From: Eledone cirrhosa
Taxonomy: Eukaryota
Assembly: GCA_964016885.1 (NCBI GenBank)
Contig: OZ024758.1
Location: 34,720,001-34,784,000, forward strand
DNA length: 64,000 bases
Direction: 5' to 3'
Numbering within the stretch: the stretch's first letter is position 1; every line of letters starts with the position of its first letter. The notes beneath the pieces are model-generated. The model was not told where the DNA came from, did not search any database, and saw only the letters and a program-made list of their open reading frames with translations. Of this stretch, positions 1 to 13,828 are shown piece by piece. Made by a program: the position numbers and the translations under genes.

Positions 1-1019
1 TACTAGCTGTCAGAAGTAACCCCAATGTTGGTGAGAATTCATTTAAGTTCATGGTATTAGCTGTCAGAAGTCACTCCAATGTTGGCGAGAATTCATTTAA
101 GTTCATGGTATTAGCTGTCAGAAGTAACTCCACTGTTGGTGAGAATTCATTTAAGTTCATGGTATTAGCTGTCAGAAGTAACTCCACTGTTGGTGAGAAT
201 TCATTTAAGTCATGGTATTAGTTGTCAGAAGTAACTCCAATGTTGGTGAGAATTCATTTAAGTTCATGGTATTAGCTTTCAGAAGGAACTCCACTGTTGG
301 TGAGAATTCATTTAAGTTCATGTTATTAGCTGTCAGAAGGAACTCCAATGTTGGTGAGAATTCATTTAAGTCATGGTACTAGCTGTCAGATGTAACTCCA
401 CTGTTGGTGAGAATTCATTTAAGTTCATGGTATTAGCTGTCAGAAGGAACGCCACTGTTGGTGAGAATTCATTTAAGTTCATGGTATTAGCTGTCAGAAG
501 TAACTCCACTGTTGGTGAGAATTCATTTAAGTTCATGGTACTAGCTGACAGAACTAACTCAAATGTTGGTGAGAATTCATTTAAGTTCATGGTATTAGCT
601 GTCAGAAGTAACTCCACTGTTGGTAAGAATTCATTTAAGTTCATGGTATTAGCTGTCAGAAGTAACTCCACTGTTGGTGAGAATTCATTTAAGTTCATGG
701 TATTAGCTGTCAGAAGGAACGCCACTGTTGGTGAGAATTCATTTAAGTTCATGGTATTAGCTGTCAGAAGTAACTCCACTGTTGGTGAGAATTCATTTAC
801 GTTCATGGTACTAGCTGTCAGAAGTAATTCCAATGTTGGTGAGAATTCATTTAAGTTCATGGTATTAGCTGTCAGAAGGAACTCCACTGTTGGTGAGAAT
901 TCATTTAAGTTCATGGTATTAGCTGTCAGAAGGAACTCCAATGTTGGTGAGAATTCATTTAAGTCATGGTACTAGCTGTCAGAAGTAACTCCACTGTTGG
1001 TGAGAATTCGTTTAAGTTC

Positions 1020-2600
1020 ATGGTATTAGCTGTCAGAAGGAACGCCACTGTTGGTGAGAATTCATTTAAGTTCATGGTATTAGCTGTCAGAAGTAACTCC
1101 ACTGTTGGTGAGAATTCATTTAAGTTCATGGTACTAGCTGTCAGAAGTAACTCCAATGTTGGTGAGAATTCATTTAAGTTCATGGTATTAGCTGTCAGAA
1201 GGAACTCCACTGTTGGTGAGAATTCATTTAAGTTCATGGTATTAGCTGTCAGAAGTAACTCCACTGTTGGTGAGAATTCATTTAAGTCATTGTATTAGCT
1301 GTCAGAAGTAACTCCATTGTTGGTGAGAATTCATTTAAGTCATGGTACTAGCTGTCAGAAGTAACTCCAATGTTGGTGAGAATTCATTTAAGTCATGGTA
1401 CTAGCTGTCAGAAGTAACTCCAATGTTGGTGAGAATTCATTTAAGTTCATGTTATTAGCTGTCAGAAGGAACTCCACTGTTGGTGAGAATACATTTAAGT
1501 TCATGGTACTAGCTGTCTGAAGTAACCCCAATGTTGGTGAGAATTCATTTAAGTTCATGGTATTAGCTGTCAGAAGTCACTCCAATGTTGGTGAGAATTC
1601 ATTTAAGTTCATGGTATTAGCTGTCAGAAGTAACTCCACTGTTGGTAAGAATTCATTTAAGTTCATGGTATTAGCTCTCAGAAGTAACTCCACTGTTGGT
1701 GAGAATTCATTTAAGTTCATGGTATTAGCTGTCAGAAGGAACGCCCCTGTTGGTGAGAATTCATTTAAGTTCATGGTATTAGCTGTCAGAAGTAACTCCA
1801 CTGTTGGTGAGAATTCATTTAAGTTCATGGTACTAGCTGTCAGAAGTAACTCCAATGTTGGTGAGAATTCATTTAAGTTCATGGTATTAGCTGTCAGAAG
1901 GAACTCCACTGTTGGTGAGAATTCATTTAAGTTCATGGTATTAGCTGTCAGAAGTAACTCCACTGTTGGTGAGAATTCATTTAAGTCATTGTATTAGCTG
2001 TCAGAAGTAACTCCATTGTTGGTGAGAATTCATTTAAGTCATGGTACTAGCTGTCAGAAGTAACTCCAATGTTGGTGAGAATTCATTTAAGTCATGGTAC
2101 TAGCTGTCAGAAGTAACTCCAATGTTGGTGAGAATTCATTTAAGTTCATGTTATTAGCTGTCAGAAGGAACTCCACTGTTGGTGAGAATACATTTAAGTT
2201 CATGGTACTAGCTGTCTGAAGTAACCCCAATGTTGGTGAGAATTCATTTAAGTTCATGGTATTAGCTGTCAGAAGTCACTCCAATGTTGGTGAGAATTCA
2301 TTTAAGTTCATGGTATTAGCTGTCAGAAGTAACTCCACTGTTGGTAAGAATTCATTTAAGTTCATGGTATTAGCTCTCAGAAGTAACTCCACTGTTGGTG
2401 AGAATTCATTTAAGTTCATGGTATTAGCTGTCAGAAGGAACGCCACTGTTGGTGAGAATTCATTTAAGTTCATGGTATTAGCTGTCAGAAGTAACTCCAC
2501 TGTTGGTGAGAATTCATTTAAGTTCATGGTACTAGCTGTCAGAAGTAACTCCAATGTTGGTGAGAATTCATTTAAGTTCATGGTATTAGCTGTCAGAAGG
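1020..2600. repeat. 13-monomer (699 bp) tandem block duplication, about 2.3 copies
   Basis: Rare variants TCATTGTA (~1287, ~1986), GTCTGA (~1515, ~2214) and GCTCTC (~1674, ~2373) all repeat at 699 bp = 13x54-3. ORF starts 1557/2256 and ends 1298/1997 give the same offset. Confidence 0.9.
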
Positions 2601-2741
2601 AACTCCACTGTTGCTGAGAATTCATTTAAGTTCATGGTATTAGCTGTCAGAAGTAACTCCACTGTTGGTGAGAATTCATTTAAGTTCATGGTACTAGCTG
2701 TCAGAAGTAACTCCACTGTTGGTGAGAATTCATTTAAGTTC

Positions 2742-5700
2742 ATGGTATTAGCTGTCAGAAGTAACTCCAATGTTGGTGAGAATTCATTTAAGTTCATGGT
2801 ATTAGCTGTCAGAAGTCACTCCACTGTTGGTGAGAATTCATTTAAGTTCATGGTACTAGCTGTCAGAAGTAACCCCAATGTTGGTGAGAATTCATTTAAG
2901 TTCATGGTATTAGCTGTCAGAAGTCACTCCAATGTTGGCGAGAATTCATTTAAGTTCATGGTATTAGCTGTCAGAAGTAACTCCACTGTTGGTGAGAATT
3001 CATTTAAGTTCATGGTATTAGCTGTCAGAAGTAACTCCACTGTTGGTGAGAATTCATTTAAGTCATGGTATTAGCTGTCAGAAGTAACTCCAATGTTGGT
3101 GAGAATTCATTTAAGTTCATGGTATTAGCTGTCAGAAGTCACTCCAATGTTGGCGAGAATTCATTTAAGTTCATGGTATTAGCTGTCAGAAGTAACTCCA
3201 CTGTTGGTGAGAATTCATTTAAGTTCATGGTACTAGCTGTCAGAAGTAACTCCACTGTTGGTGAGAATTCATTTAAGTTCATGGTATTAGCTGTCAGAAG
3301 TCACTCCAATGTTGGTGAGAATTCATTTAAGTTCATGGTATTAGCTGTCAGAAGTAACTCCACTGTTGGTGAGAATTCATTTAAGTTCATGGTACTAGCT
3401 GTCAGAAGTAACCCCAATGTTGGTGAGAATTCATTTAAGTTCATGGTATTAGCTGTCAGAAGTCACTCCAATGTTGGTGAGAATTCATTTAAGTTCATGG
3501 TATTAGCTGTCAGAAGTAACTCCACTGTTGGTGAGAATTCATTTAAGTTCATGGTATTAGTTTGTCAGAAGTAACTCCACTGTTGGTGAGAATTCATTTA
3601 AGTCATGGTATTAGTTGTCAGAAGTAACTCCAATGTTGGTGAGAATTCATTTAAGTTCATGGTATTAGCTTTCAGAAGGAACTCCACTGTTGGTGAGAAT
3701 TCATTTAAGTTCATGTTATTAGCTGTCAGAAGGAACTCCAATGTTGGTGAGAATTCATTTAAGTCATGGTACTAGCTGTCAGATGTAACTCCACTGTTGG
3801 TGAGAATTCATTTAAGTTCATGGTATTAGCTGTCAGAAGGAACGCCACTGTTGGTGAGAATTCATTTAAGTTCATGGTATTAGCTGTCAGAAGTAACTCC
3901 ACTGTTGGTGAGAATTCATTTAAGTTCATGGTACTAGCTGACAGAAGTAACTCCAATGTTGGTGAGAATTCATTTAAGTTCATGGTATTAGCTGTCAGAA
4001 GGAACTCCACTGTTGGTGAGAATTCATTTAAGTTCATGGTATTAGCTGTCAGAAGTAACTCCACTGTTGGTGAGAATTCATTTAAGTCATGGTATTAGCT
4101 GTCAGAAGTAACTCCATTGTTGGTGAGAATTCATTTAAGTCATGGTACTAGCTGTCAGAAGTAACTCCAATGTTGGTGAGAATTCATTTAAGTCATGGTA
4201 CTAGCTGTCAGAAGCAACTCCAATGTTGGTGAGAATTCATTTAAGTTCATGTTATTAGCTGTCAGAAGGAACTCCACTGTTGGTGAGAATACATTTAAGT
4301 TCATGGTACTAGCTGTCAGAAGTAACCCCAATGTTGGTGAGAATTCATTTAAGTTCATGGTATTAGCTGTCAGAAGTCACTCCAATGTTGGTGAGAATTC
4401 ATTTAAGTTCATGGTATTAGCTGTCAGAAGTAACTCCACTGTTGGTAAGAATTCATTTAAGTTTATGGTATTAGCTGTCAGAAGTAACTCCACTGTTGGT
4501 GAGAATTCATTTAAGTTCATGGTATTAGCTGTCAGAAGGAACGCCACTGTTGGTGAGAATTCATTTAAGTTCATGGTATTAGCTGTCAGAAGTAACTCCA
4601 CTGTTGGTGAGAATTCATTTACGTTCATGGTACTAGCTGTCAGAAGTAATTCCAATGTTGGTGAGAATTCATTTAAGTTCATGGTATTAGCTGTCAGAAG
4701 GAACTCCACTGTTGGTGAGAATTCATTTAAGTTCATGGTATTAGCTGTCAGAAGGAACTCCAATGTTGGTGAGAATTCATTTAAGTCATGGTACTAGCTG
4801 TCAGAAGTAACTCCACTGTTGGTGAGAATTCATTTAAGTTCATGGTATTAGCTGTCAGAAGGAACGCCACTGTTGGTGAGAATTCATTTAAGTTCATGGT
4901 ATTAGCTGTCAGAAGTAACTCCACTGTTGGTGAGAATTCATTTAAGTTCATGGTACTAGCTGTCAGAAGTAACTCCAATGTTGGTGAGAATTCATTTAAG
5001 TTCATGGTATTAGCTGTCAGAAGGAACTCCACTGTTGGTGAGAATTCATTTAAGTTCATGGTATTAGCTGTCAGAAGTAACTCCACTGTTGGTGAGAATT
5101 CATTTAAGTCATGGTATTAGCTGTCAGAAGTAACTCCATTGTTGGTGAGAATTCATTTAAGTCATGGTACTAGCTGTCAGAAGTAACTCCAATGTTGGTG
5201 AGAATTCATTTAATTCATGGTACTAGCTGTCAGAAGTAACTCCAATGTTGGTGAGAATTCATTTAAGTTCATGTTATTAGCTGTCAGAAGGAACTCCACT
5301 GTTGGTGAGAATACATTTAAGTTCATGGTACTAGCTGTCAGAAGTAACCCCAATGTTGGTGAGAATTCATTTAAGTTCATGGTATTAGCTGTCAGAAGTC
5401 ACTCCAATGTTGGTGAGAATTCATTTAAGTTCATGGTATTAGCTGTCAGAAGTAACTCCAATGTTGGTGAGAATTCATTTAAGTTCATGGTATTAGCTGT
5501 CAGAAGTCACTCCACTGTTGGTGAGAATTCATTTAAGTTCATGGTACTAGCTGTCAGAAGTAACCCCAATGTTGGTGAGAATTCATTTAAGTTCATGGTA
5601 TTAGCTGTCAGAAGTCACTCCAATGTTGGCGAGAATTCATTTAAGTTCATGGTATTAGCTGTCAGAAGTAACTCCACTGTTGGTGAGAATTCATTTAAGT

Positions 5701-8122
5701 TCATGGTATTAGCTGTCAGAAGTAACTCCACTGTTGGTGAGAATTCATTTAAGTCATGGTATTAGCTGTCAGAAGTAACTCCAATGTTGGTGAGAATTCA
5801 TTTAAGTTCATGGTATTAGCTGTCAGAAGTCACTCCAATGTTGGCGAGAATTCATTTAAGTTCATGGTATTAGCTGTCAGAAGTAACTCCACTGTTGGTG
5901 AGAATTCATTTAAGTTCATGGTACTAGCTGTCAGAAGTAACTCCACTGTTGGTGAGAATTCATTTAAGTTCATGGTATTAGCTGTCAGAAGTCACTCCAA
6001 TGTTGGTGAGAATTCATTTAAGTTCATGGTATTAGCTGTCAGAAGTAACTCCACTGTTGGTGAGAATTCATTTAAGTTCATGGTACTAGCTGTCAGAAGT
6101 AACCCCAATGTTGGTGAGAATTCATTTAAGTTCATGGTATTAGCTGTCAGAAGTCACTCCAATGTTGATGAGAATTCATTTAAGTTCATGGTATTAGCTG
6201 TCAGAAGTAACTCCACTGTTGGTGAGAATTCATTTAAGTTCATGGTATTAGTTTGTCAGAAGTAACTCCACTGTTGGTGAGAATTCATTTAAGTCATGGT
6301 ATTAGTTGTCAGAAGTAACTCCAATGTTGGTGAGAATTCATTTAAGTTCATGGTATTAGCTTTCAGAAGGAACTCCACTGTTGGTGAGAATTCATTTAAG
6401 TTCATGTTATTAGCTGTCAGAAGGAACTCCAATGTTGGTGAGAATTCATTTAAGTCATGGTACTAGCTGTCAGATGTAACTCCACTGTTGGTGAGAATTC
6501 CTTTAAGTTCATGGTATTAGCTGTCAGAAGGAACGCCACTGTTGGTGAGAATTCATTTAAGTTCATGGTATTAGCTGTCAGAAGTAACTCCACTGTTGGT
6601 GAGAATTCATTTAAGTTCATGGTACTAGCTGACAGAAGTAACTCCAATGTTGGTGAGAATTCATTTAAGTTCATGGTATTAGCTGTCAGAAGGAACTCCA
6701 CTGTTGGTGAGAATTCATTTAAGTTCATGGTATTAGCTGTCAGAAGTAACTCCACTGTTGGTGAGAATTCATTTAAGTCATGGTATTAGCTGTCAGAAGT
6801 AACTCCATTGTTGGTGAGAATTCATTTAAGTCATGGTACTAGCTGTCAGAAGTAACTCCAATGTTGGTGAGAATTCATTTAAGTCATGGTACTAGCTGTC
6901 AGAAGCAACTCCAATGTTGGTGAGAATTCATTTAAGTTCATGTTATTAGCTGTCAGAAGGAACTCCACTGTTGGTGAGAATACATTTAAGTTCATGGTAC
7001 TAGCTGTCAGAAGTAACCCCAATGTTGGTGAGAATTCATTTAAGTTCATGGTATTACTGTCAGAAGTCACTCCAATGTTGGTGAGAATTCATTTAAGTTC
7101 ATGGTATTAGCTGTCAGAAGTAACTCCACTGTTGGTAAGAATTCATTTAAGTTCATGGTATTAGCTGTCAGAAGTAACTCCACTGTTGGTGAGAATTCAT
7201 TTAAGTTCATGGTATTAGCTGTCAGAAGGAACGCCACTGTTGGTGAGAATTCATTTAAGTTCATGGTATTAGCTGTCAGAAGTAACTCCACTGTTGGTGA
7301 GAATTCATTTACGTTCATGGTACTAGCTGTCAGAAGTAATTCCAATGTTGGTGAGAATTCATTTAAGTTCATGGTATTAGCTGTCAGAAGGAACTCCACT
7401 GTTGGTGAGAATTCATTTAAGTTCATGGTATTAGCTGTCAGAAGGAACTCCAATGTTGGTGAGAATTCATTTAAGTCATGGTACTAGCTGTCAGAAGTAA
7501 CTCCACTGTTGGTGAGAATTCATTTAAGTTCATGGTATTAGCTGTCAGAAGGAACGCCACTGTTGGTGAGAATTCATTTAAGTTCATGGTATTAGCTGTC
7601 AGAAGTAACTCCACTGTTGGTGAGAATTCATTTAAGTTCATGGTACTAGCTGTCAGAAGTAACTCCAATGTTGGTGAGAATTCATTTAAGTTCATGGTAT
7701 TAGCTGTCAGAAGGAACTCCACTGTTGGTGAGAATTCATTTAAGTTCATGGTATTAGCTGTCAGAAGTAACTCCACTGTTGGTGAGAATTCATTTAAGTC
7801 ATGGTATTAGCTGTCAGAAGTAACTCCATTGTTGGTGAGAATTCATTTAAGTCATGGTACTAGCTGTCAGAAGTAACTCCAATGTTGGTGAGGATTCATT
7901 TAAGTCATGGTACTAGCTGTCAGAAGTAACTCCAATGTTGGTGAGAATTCATTTAAGTTCATGTTATTAGCTGTCAGAAGGAACTCCACTGTTGGTGAGA
8001 ATACATTTAAGTTCATGGTACTAGCTGTCAGAAGTAACCCCAATGTTGGTGAGAATTCATTTAAGTTCATGGTATTAGCTGTCAGAAGTCACTCCAATGT
8101 TGGTGAGAATTCATTTAAGTTC
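2742..8122. repeat. 50-monomer (2691 bp) tandem block duplication, 2 copies
   Basis: Matching ORF pairs 3065/5756, 3766/6457, 4195/6886 (offset 2691) and 4788/7478, 5217/7907 (offset 2690 after a 1-bp deletion near 7057). Shared rare variants GCTTTC, AGATGT, GCTGAC, AGCAAC, GGCGAG. Confidence 0.92.
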
Positions 8123-8823
8123 ATGGTATTAGCTGTCAGAAGTAACTCCACTGTTGGTAAGAATTCATTTAAGTTCATGGTATTAGCTCTCAGAAGTAAC
8201 TCCACTGTTGGTGAGAATTCATTTAAGTTCATGGTATTAGCTGTCAGAAGGAACGCCACTGTTGGTGAGAATTCATTTAAGTTCATGCTATTAGCTGTCA
8301 GAAGTAACTCCACTGTTGGTGAGAATTCATTTAAGTTCATGGTACTAGCTGTCAGAAGTAACTCCAATGTTGGTGAGAATTCATTTAAGTTCATGGTATT
8401 AGCTGTCAGAAGTCACTCCAATGTTGGTGAGAATTCATTTAAGTTCATGGTATTAGCTGTCAGAAGTCACTCCACTGTTGGTGAGAATTCATTTAAGTTC
8501 ATGGTACTAGCTGTCAGAAGTAACCCCAATATTGGTGAGAATTCATTTAAGTTCATGGTATTAGCTGTCAGAAGTCACTCCAATGTTGGCGAAAATTCAT
8601 TTAAGTTCATGGTATTAGCTGTCAGAAGTAACTCCACTGTTGGTGAGAATTCATTTAAGTTCATGGTATTAGCTGTCAGAAGTAACTCCACTGTTGGTGA
8701 GAATTCATTTAAGTCATGGTATTAGCTGTCAGAAGTAACTCCAATGTTGGTGAGAATTCATTTAAGTTCATGGTATTAGCTGTCAGAAGTCACTCCACTG
8801 TTGGTGAGAATTCATTTAAGTTC

Positions 8824-11730
8824 ATGGTACTAGCTGTCAGAAGTAACCCAAATGTTGGTGAGAATTCATTTAAGTTCATGGTATTAGCTGTCAGAAGTCA
8901 CTCCAATGTTGGTGAGAATTCATTTAAGTTCATGGTATTAGCTGTCAGAAGTAACTCCACTGTTGGTGAGAATTCATTTAAGTTCATGGTATTAGCTGTC
9001 AGAAGTAACTCCACTGTTGGTGAGAATTCATTTAAGTTCATGGTATTAGCTGTCAGAAGTAACTCCACTGTTGGTGAGAATTCATTTAAGTTCATGGTAT
9101 TAGCTGTCAGAAGGAACTCCAATGTTGGTGAGAATTCATTTAAGTCATGGTACTAGCTGTCAGAAGTAACTCCACTGTTGGTGAGAATTCATTTAAGTTC
9201 ATGGTATTAGCTGTCAGAAGGAACGCCACTGTTGCTGAGAATTCATTTAAGTTCATGGTATTAGCTGTCAGAAGTAACTCCTCTGTTGGTGAGAATTCAT
9301 TTAAGTTCATGGTACTAGCTGTCAGAAGTAACTCCAATGTTGGTGAGAATTCATTAAGTTCATGGTATTAGCTGTCAGAAGGAACTCCACTGTTGCTGAG
9401 AATTCATTTAAGTTCATGGTATTAGCTGTCAGAAGTAACTCCACTGTTGGTGAGAATTCATTTAAGTTCATGGTACTAGCTGTCAGAAGTAACTCCACTG
9501 TTGGTGAGAATTCATTTAAGTTCATGGTATTAGCTGTCAGAAGTCACTCCAATGTTGGTGAGAATTCATTTAAGTTCATGGTATTAGCTGTCAGAAGTCA
9601 CTCCACTGTTGGTGAGAATTCATTTAAGTTCATGGTACTAGCTGTCAGAAGTAACCCCAATGTTGGTGAGAATTCATTTAAGTTCATGGTATTAGCTGTC
9701 AGAAGTCACTCCAATGTAGGTGAGAATTCATTTAAGTTCATGGTATTAGCTGTCAGAAGTAACTCCACTGTTGGTGAGAATTCATTTAAGTTCATGGTAT
9801 TAGTTTGTCAGAAGTAACTCCACTGTTGGTGAGAATTCATTTAAGTCATGGTATTAGTTGTCAGAAGTAACTCCAATGTTGGTGAGAATTCATTTAAGTT
9901 CATGGTATTAGCTGTCAGAAGGAACTCCACTGTTGGTGAGAATTCATTTAAGTTCATGGTATTAGCTGTCAGAAGTAACTCCACCGTTGGTGAGAATTCA
10001 TTTAAGTCATGGTATTAGCTGTCAGAAGTAACTCCATTGTTGGTGAGAATTCATTTAAGTCATGGTACTAGCTGTCAGAAGTAACTCCAATGTTGGTGAG
10101 AATTCATTTAAGTCATGGTACTAGCTGTCAGAAGTAACTCCAATGTTGGTGAGAATTCATTTAAGTTCATGTTATTAGCTGTCAGAAGGAACTCCACTGT
10201 TGGTGAGAATACATTTAAGTTCATGGTACTAGCTGTCAGAAGTAACCCCAATGTTGGTGAGAATTCATTTAAGTTCATGGTATTAGCTGTCAGAAGTCAC
10301 TCCAATGTTGGTGAGAATTCATTTAAGTTCATGGTATTAGCTGTCAGAAGTAACTCCACTGTTGGTGAGAATTCATTTAAGTTCATGGTATTAGCTGTCA
10401 GAAGTAACTCCACTGTTGGTGAGAATTCATTTAAGTTCATGGTATTAGCTGTCAGAAGTAACTCCACTGTTGGTGAGAATTCATTTAAGTTCATGGTATT
10501 AGCTGTCAGAAGGAACTCCAATGTTGGTGAGAATTCATTTAAGTCATGGTACTAGCTGTCAGAAGTAACTCCACTGTTGGTGAGAATTCATTTAAGTTCA
10601 TGGTATTAGCTGTCAGAAGGAACGCCACTGTTGGTGAGAATTCATTTAAGTTCATGGTATTAGCTGTCAGAAGTAAGTCCACTGTTGGTGAGAATTCATT
10701 TAAGTTCATGGTACTAGCTGTCAGAAGTAACTCCAATGTTGGTGAGAATTCATTTAAGTTCATGGTATTAGCTGTCAGAAGGAACTCCACTGTTGCTGAG
10801 AATTCATTTAAGTTCATGGTATTAGCTGTCAGAAGTAACTCCACTGTTGGTGAGAATTCATTTAAGTTCATGGTACTAGCTGTCAGAAGTAACTCCACTG
10901 TTGGTGAGAATTCATTTAAGTTCATGGTATTAGCTGTCAGAAGTCACTCCAATGTTGGTGAGAATTCATTTAAGTTCATGGTATTAGCTGTCAGAAGTAA
11001 CTCCACTGTTGGTGAGAATTCATTTAAGTTCATGGTACTAGCTGTCAGAAGTAACCCCAATGTTGGTGAGAATTCATTTAAGTTCATGGTATTAGCTGTC
11101 AGAAGTCACTCCAATGTTGGGGAGAATTCATTTAAGTTCTTGGTATTAGCTGTCAGAAGTAACTCCACTGTTGGTGAGAATTCATTTAAGTTCATGGTAT
11201 TAGTTTGTCAGAAGTAACTCCACTGTTGGTGAGAATTCATTTAAGTCATGGTATTAGTTGTCAGAAGTAACTCCATTGTTGTTGAGAATTCATTTAAGTT
11301 CATGGTATTAGCTGTCAGAAGGAACTCCACTGTTGGTGAGAATTCATTTAAGTTCATGGTATTAGCTGTCAGAAGTAACTCCACTGTTGGTGAGAATTCA
11401 TTTAAGTCATGGTATTAGCTGTCAGAAGTAACTCCATTGTTGGTGAGAATTCATTTAAGTCATGGTACTAGCTGTCAGAAGTAACTCCAATGTTGGTGAG
11501 AATTCATTTAAGTCATGGTACTAGCTGTCAGAAGTAACTCCAATGTTGGTGAGAATTCATTTAAGTTCATGTTATTAGCTGTCAGAAGGAACTCCACTGT
11601 TGGTGAGAATACATTTAAGTTCATGGTACTAGCTGTCAGAAGTAACCCCAATGTTGGTGAGAATTCATTTAAGTTCATGGTATTAGCTGTCAGAAGTCAC
11701 TCCAATGTTGGTGAGAATTCATTTAAGTTC
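8824..11730. repeat. 26-monomer (~1400 bp) tandem block duplication, 2 copies, comparatively diverged
   Basis: ORF starts 9147/10546 (1399) and 10115/11515 (1400), ORF ends 9817/11217 (1400). Same monomer order but several private substitutions in each copy. Confidence 0.85.
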
Positions 11731-13828
11731 ATGGTATTAGCTGTCAGAAGTAACTCCACTGTTGGTAAGAATTCATTTAAGTTCATGGTATTAGCTGTCA
11801 GAAGTAACTCCACTGTTGGTGAGAATTCATTTAAGTTCATGGTATTAGCTGTCAGAAGGAACGCCACTGTTGGTGAGAATTCATTTAAGTTCATGGTATT
11901 AGCTGTCAGAAGTAACTCCACTGTTGGTGAGAATTCATTTACGTTCATGGTACTAGCTGTCAGAAGTAATTCCAATGTTGGTGAGAATTCATTTAAGTTC
12001 ATGGTATTAGCTGTCAGAAGGAACTCCACTGTTGGTGAGAATTCATTTAAGTTCATGGTATTAGCTGTCAGAAGGAACTCCAATGTTGGTGAGAATTCAT
12101 TTAAGTCATGGTACTAGCTGTCAGAAGTAACTCCACTGTTGGTGAGAATTCATTTAAGTTCATGGTATTAGCTGTCAGAAGGAACGCTACTGTTGGTGAG
12201 AATTCATTTAAGTTCATGGTATTAGCTGTCAGAAGTAACTCCACTGTTGGTGAGAATACATTTAAGTTCATGGTACTAGCTGTCAGAAGTAACTCCAATG
12301 TTGGTGAGAATTCATTTAAGTTCATGGTATTAGCTGTCAGAAGGAACTCCACTGTTGGTGAGAATTCATTTAAGTTCATGGTATTAGCTGTCAGAAGTAA
12401 CTCCACTGTTGGTGAGAATTCATTTAAGTCATGGTATTAGCTGTCAGAAGTAACTCCATTGTTGGTGAGAATTCATTTAAGTCATGGTACTAGCTGTCAG
12501 AAGTAACTCCAATGTTGGTGAGAATTCATTTAAGTCATGGTACTAGCTGTCAGAAGTAACTCCAATGTTGGTGAGAATTCATTTAAGTTCATGTTATTAG
12601 CTGTCAGAAGGAACTCCACTGTTGGTGAGAATACATTTAAGTTCATGGTACTAGCTGTCAGAAGTAACCCCAATGTTGGTGAGAATTCATTTAAGTTCAT
12701 GGTATTAGCTGTCAGAAGTCACTCCAATGTTGGTGAGAATTCATTTAAGTTCATGGTATTAGCTGTCAGAAGTAACTCCACTGTTGGTAAGAATTCATTT
12801 AAGTTCATGGTATTAGCTGTCAGAAGTAACTCCACTGTTGGTGAGAATTCATTTAAGTTCATGGTATTAGCTGTCAGAAGGAACGCCACTGTTGGTGAGA
12901 ATTCATTTAAGTTCATGGTATTAGCTGTCAGAAGTAACTCCACTGTTGGTGAGAATTCATTTAAGTTCATGGTACTAGCTGTCAGAAGTACTCCAATGTT
13001 GGTCAGAATTCATTTAAGTTCATGGTATTAGCTGTCAGAAGGAACTCCACTGTTGCTGAGAATTCATTTAAGTTCATGGTATTAGCTGTCAGAAGTAACT
13101 CCAATGTTGGTGAGAATTCATTTAAGTTCATGGTATTAGCTGTCAGAAGGAACTCCACTGTTGGTGAGAATTCATTTAAGTTCATGGTATTAGCTGTCAG
13201 AAGTAACTCCACTGTTGGTGAGAATTCATTTAAGTCATGGTATTAGCTGTCAGAAGTAACTCCATTGTTGGTGAGAATTCATTTAAGTCATGGTACTAGC
13301 TGTCAGAAGTAACTCCAATGTTGGTGAGAATTCATTTAAGTCATGGTACTAGCTGTCAGAAGTAACTCCAATGTTGGTGAGAATTCATTTAAGTTCATGT
13401 TATTAGCTGTCAGAAGGAACTCCACTGTTGGTGAGAATACATGTAAGTTCATGGTACTAGCTGTCAGAAGTAACCCCAATGTTGGTGAGAATTCATTTAA
13501 GTTCATGGTATTAGCTGTCAGAAGTCACTCCAATGTTGGTGAGAATTCATTTAAGTTCATGGTATTAGCTGTCAGAAGTAACTCCACTGTTGGTAAGAAT
13601 TCATTTAAGTTCATGGTATTAGCTGTCAGAAGTAACTCTACTGTTGGTGAGAATTCATTTAAGTTCATGGTATTAGCTGTAAGAAGGAACGCCACTGTTG
13701 GTGAGAATTCATTTAAGTTCATGGTATTAGCTGTCAGAAGTAACTCCACTGTTGGTGAGAATTCATTTACGTTCATGGTACTAGCTGTCAGAAGTAACTC
13801 CAATGTTGGTCAGAATTCATTTAAGTTC

